A stretch of DNA of 64,000 bases, from positions 22,466-86,465 of the IMG/VR virus record IMGVR_UViG_3300020049_005532. One strand, given 5' to 3'. Source of the DNA: a virus. Taxonomy: Duplodnaviria; Heunggongvirae; Uroviricota; Caudoviricetes. Shown piece after piece: positions 36,503 to 45,810 of the stretch. Numbering within the stretch: the stretch's first letter is position 1; each line of letters begins with the position of its first letter. A program made the translations under genes and the position numbers. The notes below the pieces were generated by a model, which was given only the letters and a program-made list of their open reading frames with translations, had not been told where the DNA came from and did no database searches.

Positions 36503-38421
36503 CCATCGCCTTTACCTTCTTCGTTGGCTTTGGCGCGTTTCTTTTCATTGATAAGTTCGTTCATGTATTCTTTTTCTTCATCGGTTAAGCTCCAGATTTC
36601 TCCGCGCTTACCGTCCCATCCAAATTGAAACTTGCCTAGTTCTCCAAGATCATTTTTAAGAATAGCCATCTCAAGAAATTTATCGGCTGCGGCAGTTTCT
36701 GGATTAAAAAATGGTCTCCAAATTGAAACAATGGATCTGAAACTCTGACTCATGAACGAAGAACCCTTGATGGCCGAGTAGGTCAGCAGTGGCGTATCGG
36801 CTCCTCCACTGATAGAGAACTTGTTTGGTTGAACCAAGGTGATTAAACAAATATTCAAATCATTTACTAGATCCTGAAGCTTTCCTGCAACTTCTTTAGA
36901 AGCAGCTGTTTCATCAGACTTATCGGCATTTACTCGTTCAAAGTAGTCAAGCATTACAAGTTTAACTTTTTGGCCTGTTGCAATTTCAACTTGCTTAATA
37001 TAATCTCGAATGTCGTCCACTGTTGGACAAGATCGGTCGTAGAAGTAAACATTTTTGTATTCTTCTTTGACTTTAGTAAAAATAGCTTTTGCTTTGTCAG
37101 TTTTGATAGCTTCGTATAGGTCTTTTCGACTTAGCCCAGAAACTCGATATAACAATTTCTCAAAGATACGATTTCTGCGCATATCTAAAGAAGCAAATAC
37201 CGAGATTACTCCGGCATCGGACGTGTTCTTTAAGATCTTTAGTGCCATTGCTGATTTTCCTGAAGAAGGAGCACCAATGATACCAAGGTTCATTCCAATT
37301 GTCAATGGTAATACTTCATCTAACTCTTGAATTCCAGTTAAAATTGTATTCTTCTCAATGTTTTTAACGTAATCAATAAACTCGTCTTCAATATCGTGAA
37401 GCTGAATAACTTTTGTCTCTTCTTTGCCAGTAAAACCCATTCGATCACAATAGCTTCTTAGCCATGCGTTCTTTTCAATAGAGTATTGTCCGCCATTCCA
37501 ACTAGAACTGAAAACCGAATCAAGGGTGTGCTCAACTTCTTCCTGATTTTCGTCTTGCTTTGTTACTGCTGCATATTTTTGGTCAAATGTCTTAAGAAAG
37601 CTTTCTGTAATATCTCGGTTATATCCAAGACCGCGACAAGTGGCGGCGACAACCATCATGGCAGCATGGCGCTCTCCAGATTTAAGTCCTTCAGCATTAA
37701 GAATTGCCCACTTGTAATCTTTCCAGTGACGTGGAGCAAGTCCAGTATCTGAAACAGGCTTTACAATCTTTGGTTCTGGAGTTGGAGCTTTAAATAATTC
37801 TGGATTTAATTTGACTGGTTTAGAGATTTTAACTGAAGTTGACAATACGGATGATGCCAGCTTTTTAATCTTCTCAACGTCAAGAGTCTGAAGCTGGGTA
37901 TAAGAAAGTTTTACTTTATAGAGTTTGCTTTCTGGATGCCTTGTGTTTGGAACACGAAGGATACGAGAAGCGTTATATAACGATGGGTCCAGCGTTGGTA
38001 GTCCTTTGCCGAACGTGGTCATAGCAAGGCGTTGGTGCATTTCTGGAGTAATTAGTTGGTCAAGCTTAACCATTACAGTAAAACCCTTTTTGCCCGACCA
38101 GTAGATGTCAATATCATCTGGATCAACTGCATGGGTTTTCAATCTTTCGATAACAGCAATAGAATCTTTTCTTGCTTGCTCTGGATTCTGAAGGGAGTCA
38201 AAGTCAAATGCCAATCTGTCAGTTACGACATTAGTAATTCCCTTAACTGTACCAGATGTGCTAAATTTAGCATAGTGGTTTTCGTCATAAAGATATACAG
38301 AAGAATACTGGTCATCTTCAGAAGCAAACCCGTCCGATAGCGTATTCTCGTATTCCTCTTTTGGAATCAAATTTCCTTTATCATTAAGACCATTTGTCAC
38401 TCTAACATAGAACTGCATCAT
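36493..38421 (-). CDS. Primase-helicase: N-terminal AEP (prim-pol) domain fused to a C-terminal SF4/DnaB-like helicase.
   Basis: AEP-type RLAFDFDS (DxD) and RVPNTRHP. Helicase Walker A GIIGAPSSGKS. Walker B KLVMLDYFE. Confidence 0.65.
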   Translation of the reverse strand: MMQFYVRVTNGLNDKGNLIPKEEYENTLSDGFASEDDQYSSVYLYDENHYAKFSTSGTVKGITNVVTDRLAFDFDSLQNPEQARKDSIAVIERLKTHAVDPDDIDIYWSGKKGFTVMVKLDQLITPEMHQRLAMTTFGKGLPTLDPSLYNASRILRVPNTRHPESKLYKVKLSYTQLQTLDVEKIKKLASSVLSTSVKISKPVKLNPELFKAPTPEPKIVKPVSDTGLAPRHWKDYKWAILNAEGLKSGERHAAMMVVAATCRGLGYNRDITESFLKTFDQKYAAVTKQDENQEEVEHTLDSVFSSSWNGGQYSIEKNAWLRSYCDRMGFTGKEETKVIQLHDIEDEFIDYVKNIEKNTILTGIQELDEVLPLTIGMNLGIIGAPSSGKSAMALKILKNTSDAGVISVFASLDMRRNRIFEKLLYRVSGLSRKDLYEAIKTDKAKAIFTKVKEEYKNVYFYDRSCPTVDDIRDYIKQVEIATGQKVKLVMLDYFERVNADKSDETAASKEVAGKLQDLVNDLNICLITLVQPNKFSISGGADTPLLTYSAIKGSSFMSQSFRSIVSIWRPFFNPETAAADKFLEMAILKNDLGELGKFQFGWDGKRGEIWSLTDEEKEYMNELINEKKRAKANEEGKGDGWS

Positions 38422-38439
38422 AGTGCTCCAAATTTAGTT

Positions 38440-38470
38440 AAAAGAAGGCCCTGCGGCGAACCACAGGGCC
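38440..38470 (-). terminator. Rho-independent terminator on the - strand (GGCCCTG-loop-CAGGGCC + TTCTTTT).
   Basis: Seen in sequence: 7-bp GC stem 38447-38453 / 38464-38470, with a T-run on the - strand. Confidence 0.55.
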
Positions 38471-38501
38471 GTTCATAGAGGGATAGGAGGGAGAATATAG
38501 A

Positions 38502-38765
38502 TTATGTTTCGATTGTTACAAATAGTTCGCCAAGAATGTAGTCAGGGATCTTTTCTACATAAGAGCGAGCTTTCATATAAGACTCTTCGTCTTTAAATTT
38601 GCCTTCTTCATTACGTTTGTCGATTTCAGCAAGTTGTTCTTTTTTGGATTTAATGTTCAGGTAATCGCCAGACTTAAGTGTCAGGTTATGATCGCCAAAT
38701 ACATGCAAAACTTTGCGTCCATCTTTTGTGTTCTTAATGCTACCGATTTTAACTGTTTTCTTCAT
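38502..38765 (-). CDS. Hypothetical protein (87 aa).
   Basis: ORF track. Confidence 0.35.
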   Translation of the reverse strand: MKKTVKIGSIKNTKDGRKVLHVFGDHNLTLKSGDYLNIKSKKEQLAEIDKRNEEGKFKDEESYMKARSYVEKIPDYILGELFVTIET

Positions 38766-39087
38766 TTACCTTTTCCTTTTGTTTAATTGCTTCCTCTGCC
38801 TTTTTCATCTCTGCCGCAAGAATCATAAGACTCTTGTTTAATGTCATTTCACTGAAGATATAAGCAGCTTGCTTTTCTTCTGGGGTTTTTGGTAAATCGC
38901 CTGGATCTACCAATGGGAACGCTGCCACATTCATCACAAAACGTCGAAGCTGTTTAGCTGACATTTTTGTCAAAAGAAGCTTTAGGTGTGGCTTCTCTTT
39001 TTTAAAGAACGCTGCGGCGATATCTTCAGGATTTCCAATTGAACCTGGTGTTACATCAGGACGTTGTGTATCATTGCCATCCGTCAT
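38749..39087 (-). CDS. Hypothetical protein (112 aa).
   Basis: ORF track. Confidence 0.35.
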   Translation of the reverse strand: MTDGNDTQRPDVTPGSIGNPEDIAAAFFKKEKPHLKLLLTKMSAKQLRRFVMNVAAFPLVDPGDLPKTPEEKQAAYIFSEMTLNKSLMILAAEMKKAEEAIKQKEKVNEENS

Positions 39088-39625
39088 TCGTTGACTCTTC
39101 TTTCTTTGCTGGCATTGCAGGTACTGCTGCTTTAAATCCAGACTTAACTACTTTTGGTTTTTCTTCTTGTTGCGGTTTTGTTGAGCCAATCTCTGGTGTT
39201 TCAAGATCTGCCTCGGCCATGTCTTGGGTTGGCACACTGAAAGTCTGGATTAGTGCGTATTTCAATGCGGCACTTAAAGCCTTGTTTGTCGCTTTATCGC
39301 CAGAGTCAAGACCTTCTGCTGGAATTGGTCCAACAGTCACTTTACTGCCGTCTTCCGCAAAGAAGTCATACTCCATCATGATCGCGACGTGCTTATCAAC
39401 GCCATTCTTGCCAGAAGAACGAGTAACCTCTTTAAGTTCCTGATCAAAGCGAACAGATCGTGGAGTGATAAATACTCCATGTTTAACTAGGCATGGGTAC
39501 AGCGCATTGATCATATCATCAATGCCACGAAACTTAAATCCTTGTGCTGCATTCTTTTGATCTTTACCAACAAACCCGATATCACGCATGACATCGTTCA
39601 TTTTCTTATAAATCAAATTACTCAT
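39071..39625 (-). CDS. ERF-family single-strand annealing protein.
   Basis: FKFRGIDDMINALYPCL and NKALSAALKYALIQTF parallel P22 Erf YKYRSCEDILEGVKPLL and SYARKYCLNGLF. Confidence 0.6.
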   Translation of the reverse strand: MSNLIYKKMNDVMRDIGFVGKDQKNAAQGFKFRGIDDMINALYPCLVKHGVFITPRSVRFDQELKEVTRSSGKNGVDKHVAIMMEYDFFAEDGSKVTVGPIPAEGLDSGDKATNKALSAALKYALIQTFSVPTQDMAEADLETPEIGSTKPQQEEKPKVVKSGFKAAVPAMPAKKEESTNDGWQ

Positions 39626-39873
39626 TAGAATAGCTCCTGTGCTACTAAAATTTTGAATCGCTCAATTGCAAGCGATTTATCTCGTTCTCTAAATAATACA
39701 TCTGGTGGCGATGTTTCACCGCTACCAAGGTCGTAAGCGATTTGTACCACAACCCAGTCGCCAGTTAGTGGGTCCTTTGCTACAGAAAGACCTTTGTCGT
39801 TCTTTTCTACTAAATTTACCGAATTACCGTCTACGTCTGCTACTTTTTTTGGTCGTGCCATCTTTATCTCCAT
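39625..39873 (-). CDS. Hypothetical protein (82 aa).
   Basis: ORF track. Confidence 0.35.
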   Translation of the reverse strand: MEIKMARPKKVADVDGNSVNLVEKNDKGLSVAKDPLTGDWVVVQIAYDLGSGETSPPDVLFRERDKSLAIERFKILVAQELF

Positions 39874-39909
39874 TTTTTATATAATACCATAACTATGCGA
39901 AATGTCAAG

Positions 39910-40191
39910 TTAAATCGAAGTCCAGTCATCTTTTTTTGGTTTATGTTTAATTCTATCTTCCATTTCGTGCTTACTTGCTGTTGCTATGGCTCGTTCTGCC
40001 TGTTCTAATCTATCAAAAAATTGAGCCCGAAAATTAAAATCGCCTTTTGATAAAAAGATCTGCGGAGAATCATACCAAGCATCTTTCCAGAATAACCTAA
40101 TGCCAAGAAACTTAATTGCACATTGAATCTTATATTTATCTAATTTCTTGCTATATAAAATTCGATACTGTCTCATGAAATTATCTTCCAC
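39910..40191 (-). CDS. Hypothetical protein, tandem paralog of 40173..40457.
   Basis: Shared YRI...DKYKIQ...W.D..Y...G...F..LE.A. Confidence 0.4.
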   Translation of the reverse strand: MEDNFMRQYRILYSKKLDKYKIQCAIKFLGIRLFWKDAWYDSPQIFLSKGDFNFRAQFFDRLEQAERAIATASKHEMEDRIKHKPKKDDWTSI

Positions 40192-40457
40192 TTATTTTTT
40201 TCAAGTTTATTTCTTAAGTCTTCAATATTAGCAGCTTTAATGTCTGCTTTTTCAAAAAGTTCTCTTGCCAGCATCGCGTCTTCAAGTGAGTCAAAATATA
40301 GATTACCATACATATTTGAGCCAACATTTCTGTATTCTTTAGTAATTGATCCAAAATATCTAACATCAAACCACAGAGTAAAAAAGAAAATGATAGATTT
40401 CTCTTGAATCTTATATTTATCAACTTCTTCGTGTTTAACAATTCGATAATTTGACAT
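40173..40457 (-). CDS. Hypothetical protein, tandem paralog of 39910..40191.
   Basis: See partner. Confidence 0.4.
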   Translation of the reverse strand: MSNYRIVKHEEVDKYKIQEKSIIFFFTLWFDVRYFGSITKEYRNVGSNMYGNLYFDSLEDAMLARELFEKADIKAANIEDLRNKLEKNKWKIIS

Positions 40458-40711
40458 TAGTTAATTCTCACTTTGTAACAGTGTTCTTGTCCAATTGTTG
40501 GAAGATACAAATGGCTTCTAGTTCCGTTATTTAAGACTGTCCCGCATATGCCGTCTTTATTACACCCTCCAATGGAAATTACTGTTCCGCAAGATTTTTT
40601 ATATTCAGCAGTTGATGCTTCGAACATTAGCCAAAATAACATTCCAACTAAAAATAACATAAGCGCCGAAAACAAAACCGTTGGTGCGTCTAAGCTTTTA
40701 ATTACATTCAT
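40457..40711 (-). CDS. Small membrane protein with a Cys-rich tail (84 aa).
   Basis: TM helix VLFSALMLFLVGMLFWLMF. CGTVISIGGCNKDGICG. Preceded by RBS AAGGAGAA. Confidence 0.4.
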   Translation of the reverse strand: MNVIKSLDAPTVLFSALMLFLVGMLFWLMFEASTAEYKKSCGTVISIGGCNKDGICGTVLNNGTRSHLYLPTIGQEHCYKVRIN

Positions 40712-41511
40712 ATTGCTAATTCTCCTTGAATCTGACCATGAGAAGTATAACCAATAAGTTTCAATTTGTCAAGCGAAAAATCGCCTATCTCTTTAATTTC
40801 ATTACTTAATTCGAGTTTTGGTTCAGGAAGTAATGGTCTTGAGATCATCTCCTGACATTGAGTCACATGATTGCTATAAACATGTGCATCTCCCAACGTA
40901 TAAAATAGCTTTCCTGGCAAATAACCAGTTACCTTGGCCAGAAGAGATAGAAGTAAGCTATAAGAAGCGATATTAACTGGAAGCCCTAAAAAGGCATCTG
41001 CTGAGCGCTGGTAGGTGGCCATGTCTAGGTAGGGACCTCTAACGTAGCATTGAATGACTGTGCCGTGGCAGCACGCCAAAGGCTGTTTATCTACAGTGTT
41101 TGGATTCCATAGAGTAACAACGTGTCTGCGACTAGATGGATCACGTTTAACGCTATTGATAAGGCCCATTAGCTGGTCTTTTCCAAGGGCTCCACCATAA
41201 GACCTAAATTGTTCCCCATACATATAATCCAAGTTACCGTCTTCATCGGCCCACGGGCTCCACCAAGCTTGTGCGGACTTATCTAAATCCTTAATATTGG
41301 TTGATCCAGAAAGAAACCACTTTAGTTCCTCAACGGTCCCTTTCCAAGGCATTTTTTTAGCCGTGACCAAAGGAAAACTTTGTTGTAAGTCAAATGTCAT
41401 TGTTGGCAGTCCAAAACAAGAATAAGTACCAACGCCAGTTCTGTCATTAACAAACTGACCATTGTCAAGTATATATTTAACTAAATCTAAATATTGCTTA
41501 GTTTGTGTCAA
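40708..41511 (-). CDS. thyA: Thymidylate synthase.
   Basis: DRTGVGTYSCFG, FPLVTAKK, LACCHGTVIQCYV and the overall ThyA layout. Confidence 0.9.
   Translation of the reverse strand: MTQTKQYLDLVKYILDNGQFVNDRTGVGTYSCFGLPTMTFDLQQSFPLVTAKKMPWKGTVEELKWFLSGSTNIKDLDKSAQAWWSPWADEDGNLDYMYGEQFRSYGGALGKDQLMGLINSVKRDPSSRRHVVTLWNPNTVDKQPLACCHGTVIQCYVRGPYLDMATYQRSADAFLGLPVNIASYSLLLSLLAKVTGYLPGKLFYTLGDAHVYSNHVTQCQEMISRPLLPEPKLELSNEIKEIGDFSLDKLKLIGYTSHGQIQGELAI
40744..40772 (-). promoter_or_regulatory. Sigma70-like promoter TTGACA-N17-TATACT, embedded in the 3' end of thyA and driving the next gene.
   Basis: RC of 40767-40772 is TTGACA and RC of 40744-40749 is TATACT. Confidence 0.5.
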
Positions 41512-41662
41512 ATTCTACCTCTCGAAAATTATCTTTAACGGTATAACTTAAAACACTTTGTTGATAAATCCTTCCTGAATTATAAATAACCAATACAAAA
41601 TTATCAAATTTTAATTCGTATGTCCATATAGCGCCAGAAGGAACTAATCTATATAACTTCAT
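41498..41662 (-). CDS. Small protein (MKLYRLVPSGAIWTYELKFDNFVLVIYNSGRIY...), family member P1.
   Basis: Internal Met of track ORF 41498..41704. ATGA-coupled to P2. Confidence 0.4.
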   Translation of the reverse strand: MKLYRLVPSGAIWTYELKFDNFVLVIYNSGRIYQQSVLSYTVKDNFREVEFDTN

Positions 41663-41811
41663 TGAAACATCACTTGATAATATTCTAATTTTTCTGAAAG
41701 ACAATCCTCAATTACAAATCCGTTATGATAATGTAAATGTATTACAAATTCATCGAACGCGAGTTCATATTGCCAAACTCCACCAATATAAGGTAATTTT
41801 AATAGTTTCAT
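41659..41811 (-). CDS. Small protein (MKLLKLPYIGGVWQYELAFDEFVIHLHYHNGFV..., 50 aa), family member P2.
   Basis: Hand translation. Absent from the track. Paralogous to P1. Confidence 0.4.
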   Translation of the reverse strand: MKLLKLPYIGGVWQYELAFDEFVIHLHYHNGFVIEDCLSEKLEYYQVMFQ

Positions 41812-42011
41812 TTCTTAGGCCCATAATATAACTCTGGACTAGAGCCATCTGTGTATTTCTCAAATGCTCCAGGGCAGTGGACTTGAGCCCAGAGGAAAAA
41901 TAATCCTATAACTTCATGAACCTGAAGCTCATGATCAACACAAAGCTCAAAATAAAGCTTTTCTAAATCAGTTGTGATTTGTCCAACTGGACGAAGTTTT
42001 ACTTTCGACAT
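41808..42011 (-). CDS. Small protein (67 aa) with LYFELCVDHELQV core, family member P3.
   Basis: ORF track. Motif related to P1 and P2. Confidence 0.4.
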   Translation of the reverse strand: MSKVKLRPVGQITTDLEKLYFELCVDHELQVHEVIGLFFLWAQVHCPGAFEKYTDGSSPELYYGPKK

Positions 42012-42499
42012 TCTTTTTCTGTTTCCTTAGAAACTTCCGACAGCTTCATTTTCTTTAGAAGCTCGGTTTCTAGCTTTACGGTTACATTTCTTCCATTGGA
42101 ACATTCAACGTCGAGAAAAGACCAGCGAGTGATTGTAGAATATCTAGCAATTCTTGTGGTAATAGCGGCTGGTTGGCGAGTTGCGCAATTTTCCTTGCCG
42201 ATAAGCAACGAATTATAATTAATCGTTGTGTCAAGGTTTTTAATATCTTTTACGTCATCTTTAATATTAATTTTATAACGCAGGGAGCTTTCCTCAATAA
42301 CTTGAGTTGTCACTTGCATTAAAACGAGTCTATCGTCTGTTGTTTGAATTTTAAGATCACATGTTACAGTCTTTGCTTCAGCAAAGAAACTAGCCAGTAA
42401 TAGACCTGTCAAGGTAACGAATAGCATGAAACCCTTCACTGTATGCCGGAGTTTCATATTGCGTTGTAAAGAACTGGACAATTTCGGATTTCTCTTCAT
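41999..42499 (-). CDS. Secreted / membrane-anchored hypothetical protein (166 aa).
   Basis: N-terminal hydrophobic segment FMLFVTLTGLLLASFFAEA. Confidence 0.4.
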   Translation of the reverse strand: MKRNPKLSSSLQRNMKLRHTVKGFMLFVTLTGLLLASFFAEAKTVTCDLKIQTTDDRLVLMQVTTQVIEESSLRYKINIKDDVKDIKNLDTTINYNSLLIGKENCATRQPAAITTRIARYSTITRWSFLDVECSNGRNVTVKLETELLKKMKLSEVSKETEKECRK

Positions 42500-42863
42500 C
42501 TGTCATCTCCTCCAACATAGTTGGGTGATTTTTACGGGGCTTAACTCGGTCCAAGCAAACATTAATTGGTGTTTGCAGTACCTCACAGTGACATGGTACA
42601 CCATAAACTCTAGCAATGTCAAGAAATATCTTACGTTGTTTTCTAGAAACATTAGTTCGGTCAATTACTACAGATTTACCTTCTCCTAAAGCTAATCTAG
42701 TGGCTATAAGGCATTTTTGCCTGTTTCCAATAGTATCTTGATTAATTACAACAAATCCTTGACTTTTTAATTTAGCCGAATACGTTGATTTTCCTGCACC
42801 AGGAACCCCAACTAATACGATCATTTTTTGTTTATGAAATAACTTCTTTATCCAGCTTAACAT
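42390..42863 (-). CDS. Polynucleotide-kinase-like P-loop kinase, kinase domain only. Start set at the internal Met to avoid overlapping the upstream nuclease; an alternative start is at 42824.
   Basis: MIVLVGVPGAGKST parallels T4 Pnk IILTIGCPGSGKST. VVIDRTNVSRKQR parallels T4 IISDTNLNPERR. Confidence 0.6.
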   Translation of the reverse strand: MLSWIKKLFHKQKMIVLVGVPGAGKSTYSAKLKSQGFVVINQDTIGNRQKCLIATRLALGEGKSVVIDRTNVSRKQRKIFLDIARVYGVPCHCEVLQTPINVCLDRVKPRKNHPTMLEEMTDEEKSEIVQFFTTQYETPAYSEGFHAIRYLDRSITG

Positions 42864-43821
42864 CTTTTTGCTCCAATATTTCGAGACCTTCCATGCTATC
42901 CCTAGAACACAAATCGAAGTAAATACAGCGACCATACTTACCATAACAGCTATTTTTATTCTGCTCGTAAATATCATTCGTGATTCCATGATTAGCATTA
43001 TCTAATAAAGCAAACGTTTCGTCAACTACTTTTTCATCAACGTCATTAATAATAACATCAACTTCACATTCTGGACTATAAGAGATTGCCCATTCTCCAT
43101 CACAACGCTTAGTTCCAATCTTATTTGGGCAGGTTTCGTGCCTAGCTCCGCTACCATCATAACCACATGATTTGCATATCTTTTTTTGATTATGGTTGAT
43201 TCGTTTAGATAGAGTAATATACCCAACTGCGTCGAGGTTATATTTAGCTTTTTCTGTCCAGTAATAAAGTGTCAGCTGTGGCGATTTGCCTGCACTATCA
43301 GGCTCATACGGACGACTGGCAGTTTTATTATCCATAAGAAGGATACGCCCATCTTCCCATTCTACAATAAGATCCAACGCCCCTTCAATCTTATCTCCCT
43401 CTGCATTAACAATAAAGGTCTTTTCTTGGACAGTTATTACTTTTTTAATTCTAGGAAGGACTTTAAGCTTATAATCACGAATCATAAGCTTGCCTTTTGC
43501 AATAAGAGATTCTCTTGCAGTTTTACCTAGTAAAGGATCTACGTCGCTTTTTGTCCAAACAACTGCATTTTCATCTTCTTCTAAATTATATTTTTTGCCA
43601 TTGACACTAATATGTGTCATGTTTTTCATAAATATTTCATTAGCCTTAACTTCGTTATTTGTAAGCAATAGTTCATTTAGTGCTTCGTCAATAGCTCGAC
43701 CAAAAACAAAAGCTGAACGACCTTTTGATGGGCGAATACGAAGGTTGTAGTGAAGATTATATTTTTCTCCGCATTCGTTATACATTTGACTGCTGGTATG
43801 ACTAATTTTTGTTTGCTTCAA
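42832..43821 (-). CDS. Cas4/RecB-like PD-(D/E)XK nuclease with a Cys cluster.
   Basis: D..(ALDLIVEWEDG)..LMDNKT fits the D-EXK arrangement. N-terminal Cys (YNECGEKY). C-terminal CKSCGYDG...CPNK...C...C...C. Confidence 0.55.
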   Translation of the reverse strand: MKQTKISHTSSQMYNECGEKYNLHYNLRIRPSKGRSAFVFGRAIDEALNELLLTNNEVKANEIFMKNMTHISVNGKKYNLEEDENAVVWTKSDVDPLLGKTARESLIAKGKLMIRDYKLKVLPRIKKVITVQEKTFIVNAEGDKIEGALDLIVEWEDGRILLMDNKTASRPYEPDSAGKSPQLTLYYWTEKAKYNLDAVGYITLSKRINHNQKKICKSCGYDGSGARHETCPNKIGTKRCDGEWAISYSPECEVDVIINDVDEKVVDETFALLDNANHGITNDIYEQNKNSCYGKYGRCIYFDLCSRDSMEGLEILEQKDVKLDKEVIS

Positions 43822-43993
43822 TTTTTACCTTCAGTAATTCTTTTAGGGCTTTTGTTATGAGTTTTTTAATTGATTTCTTGATGATACGATATTTTTTAGA
43901 TTTTACTTTAGTAAGTCGCCTAAGTTCTCTCCAGCTTTCTGGAGAAAACGTTACTTTGCCGTTTTCATCTATATCAGCATCAAGTTTTTTCAT
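43802..43993 (-). CDS. Small basic hypothetical protein (63 aa).
   Basis: ORF track. Confidence 0.3.
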   Translation of the reverse strand: MKKLDADIDENGKVTFSPESWRELRRLTKVKSKKYRIIKKSIKKLITKALKELLKVKIEANKN

Positions 43994-44270
43994 TTTTCTT
44001 TACTTTTACAAAATAAATACCGTTGTTAAAATCTATACTTATTTTTTTATCAAGTCTTTTTAAAATTTCTGCTGTAATATCAAATCCCAAATAATCACTC
44101 ATAATTTGGCTTTTGTAAATATCTGCATCGAGCTTATAATTTTCTTTTTTAAAATGAAGATTGATATCTTTAACCGCTTGATCTATCAATTGGTCAAGTT
44201 TCTTTGGAACTTTTTTCTTTGCCCCAAGCCAGTCGCAAAGTTCTTTTTTATTAATAACAAGTTTTTTCAT
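43980..44270 (-). CDS. Hypothetical protein (96 aa).
   Basis: ORF track. Confidence 0.35.
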   Translation of the reverse strand: MKKLVINKKELCDWLGAKKKVPKKLDQLIDQAVKDINLHFKKENYKLDADIYKSQIMSDYLGFDITAEILKRLDKKISIDFNNGIYFVKVKKNEKT

Positions 44271-44282
44271 ATATTTCCTTTA

Positions 44283-44310
44283 TAAAAAACGTCCCTTTTA
44301 ACCTAGGGAC
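44283..44310 (-). terminator. Rho-independent terminator on the - strand (GTCCC-loop-GGGAC + GTTTTTT) after the SPFH gene.
   Basis: Seen in sequence at 44291-44310, with T-run 44284-44290. Confidence 0.45.
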
Positions 44311-44401
44311 CACAGGTCATAGTGCTTATCATTTTTCTCTAAAAAATTGTTTATGTAAAGGTTCAACTACTTTTCGATATGCGTCTCTAGCTTCTTCAAT
44401 A

Positions 44402-45181
44402 CTATTTTGAAGTTTTATTTTTTTCATCAAAATTCAAATTTAAAAAAGGTAAAGCGTTTGTTCCCATAACAGTTGGCAGTACACCCGACCAACGCTCCAA
44501 AGCTTTCATTTGGAGAACTTCTGGTGTGATAGTAGATTTCATCAAACGTTGTGATTCAGCTTGACCTTTAGCTCGCTCAACATCAGCATTAGCCTGTTGT
44601 GTTGCCTTTTGTGCAACATATTCAGCTTGCTTTGCTTCTTGTTCAGCGATCTGCTTACGTTCAATTGCATCAGTAAACTCTTTAGAGAATGTCAAATTTA
44701 CAATCGACACATCTTGAAGAGTTACACCGTAATTTGCAAGACGAGTGCGAAGAAGTGTATCAATTTGCGTTTTAAGCTCTGTTCGCTTAGTCAAAATCTC
44801 TTCCGCTGTCATATTAGCTGTTGCCGCTTTAAGCGACTCACTAACTGCCGGAGAGATAACCTTGCGAAGAACCGAATCTTCGTCACCAGTATTTTTAAAT
44901 ACATTCATAACTTGATCTGGTGTGATAGACCAGTTCAAAGCTACTTCAGTTTTAATTTCTTGCATATCTTTTGATGCAGCCGACGTTTCAACATCAGAGC
45001 GCTGTGTTTGGATGTTTAGCGTTTTTGACCCATGAAAGAAGGGAATCCAAAGATAAGCTCCTGGTTCTCGAACTTCTGAACCAACCTTGCCAAGAGAGAT
45101 ACTAAATCCTCGTTCGCCAGGACCTACTACCGTACAAGCTGACATAAATACTGCAATTGCTGCGATAAAAATACTTTTCAT
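44402..45181 (-). CDS. SPFH/band-7 (prohibitin/HflC-like) lipoprotein.
   Basis: Lipobox ...VFMSAC. SPFH-like core LNIQTQRSDVETSAASKDMQEI...ALNWSI, followed by a coiled-coil AEQEAKQAEYVAQKATQQANADVERAKGQAE. Confidence 0.7.
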   Translation of the reverse strand: MKSIFIAAIAVFMSACTVVGPGERGFSISLGKVGSEVREPGAYLWIPFFHGSKTLNIQTQRSDVETSAASKDMQEIKTEVALNWSITPDQVMNVFKNTGDEDSVLRKVISPAVSESLKAATANMTAEEILTKRTELKTQIDTLLRTRLANYGVTLQDVSIVNLTFSKEFTDAIERKQIAEQEAKQAEYVAQKATQQANADVERAKGQAESQRLMKSTITPEVLQMKALERWSGVLPTVMGTNALPFLNLNFDEKNKTSK

Positions 45182-45357
45182 TTCAATTTCTCCAATTCTC
45201 GTTTTGTTACTATTCTGTATCTATTTTCTGGATAATCAGTCTTAAACTTTTCAATTTGAGCAAAGGCTTCGTTTAATTCCATCAATTCCGAAACCTCTAC
45301 CCACAAAATACTGTCACCAATCTTTTGTAGTGCTTGAATGACGACAGGTATTGACAT
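45178..45357 (-). CDS. Small hypothetical protein (59 aa, MSIPVVIQALQKIGDSILWVEV...), not in the track.
   Basis: Hand translation. ATGA-coupled at both ends. Confidence 0.3.
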   Translation of the reverse strand: MSIPVVIQALQKIGDSILWVEVSELMELNEAFAQIEKFKTDYPENRYRIVTKRELEKLK

Positions 45358-45809
45358 TAAAATCCAACTCCGAGATTAGCGCCTACTCCACCATTGGTGT
45401 CGATTTGGCCACCAAGATAGAGACGTTCGTCAAGAAGACGTTGGTACTGAAGCTGCCCTCCAATTCGGCTATCGTTTTCTACTGAAACAACACTCGGGTT
45501 GCTAGATGTTTTAAGGCCATTTTGACCATAAACAATACCAAGACTAACGATATTCTTATGTGCAACTGTTTCAGGAGGAAGAACCAATTCTTCTTCCGTT
45601 TCAATATCTGCAACTGGAAGAATCTTTAGTGTCTTTTCTTCTTCTCCGCGCTTTACTACAGCGTATTCGTCACTTGAGAAAGTGTAAGACTGGCCATCAG
45701 CCAATGTCACAACAATCTTTCCGCCACGAAGCTCTTTAGGAGCAGGACCTACAGCAAACGCTGATGTACTAAATACTAGGGCACATGCGATCATTAAAAA
45801 TTTATTCAT
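45357..45809 (-). CDS. Secreted beta-rich protein with an OMP-like C-terminus (…ANLGVGF).
   Basis: Signal peptide MNKFLMIACALVFSTSAFA. C-terminus IVYGQNGL...LYLGGQIDTNGGVGANLGVGF is related to the C-terminus of 21732..22163. Confidence 0.45.
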   Translation of the reverse strand: MNKFLMIACALVFSTSAFAVGPAPKELRGGKIVVTLADGQSYTFSSDEYAVVKRGEEEKTLKILPVADIETEEELVLPPETVAHKNIVSLGIVYGQNGLKTSSNPSVVSVENDSRIGGQLQYQRLLDERLYLGGQIDTNGGVGANLGVGF

Positions 45810-45810
45810 A

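Noticed and set aside
42864-42998. N-terminal 45-residue hydrophobic extension of the PNK-like kinase ORF (MLIMESRMIFTSRIKIAVMVSMVAVFTSICVLGIAW...).
   Set aside because: It overlaps 167 nt of the well-supported upstream nuclease gene in another frame. The kinase domain begins cleanly at an internal Met with a Walker A motif right after, so the extension is treated as non-coding read-through of the ORF caller.
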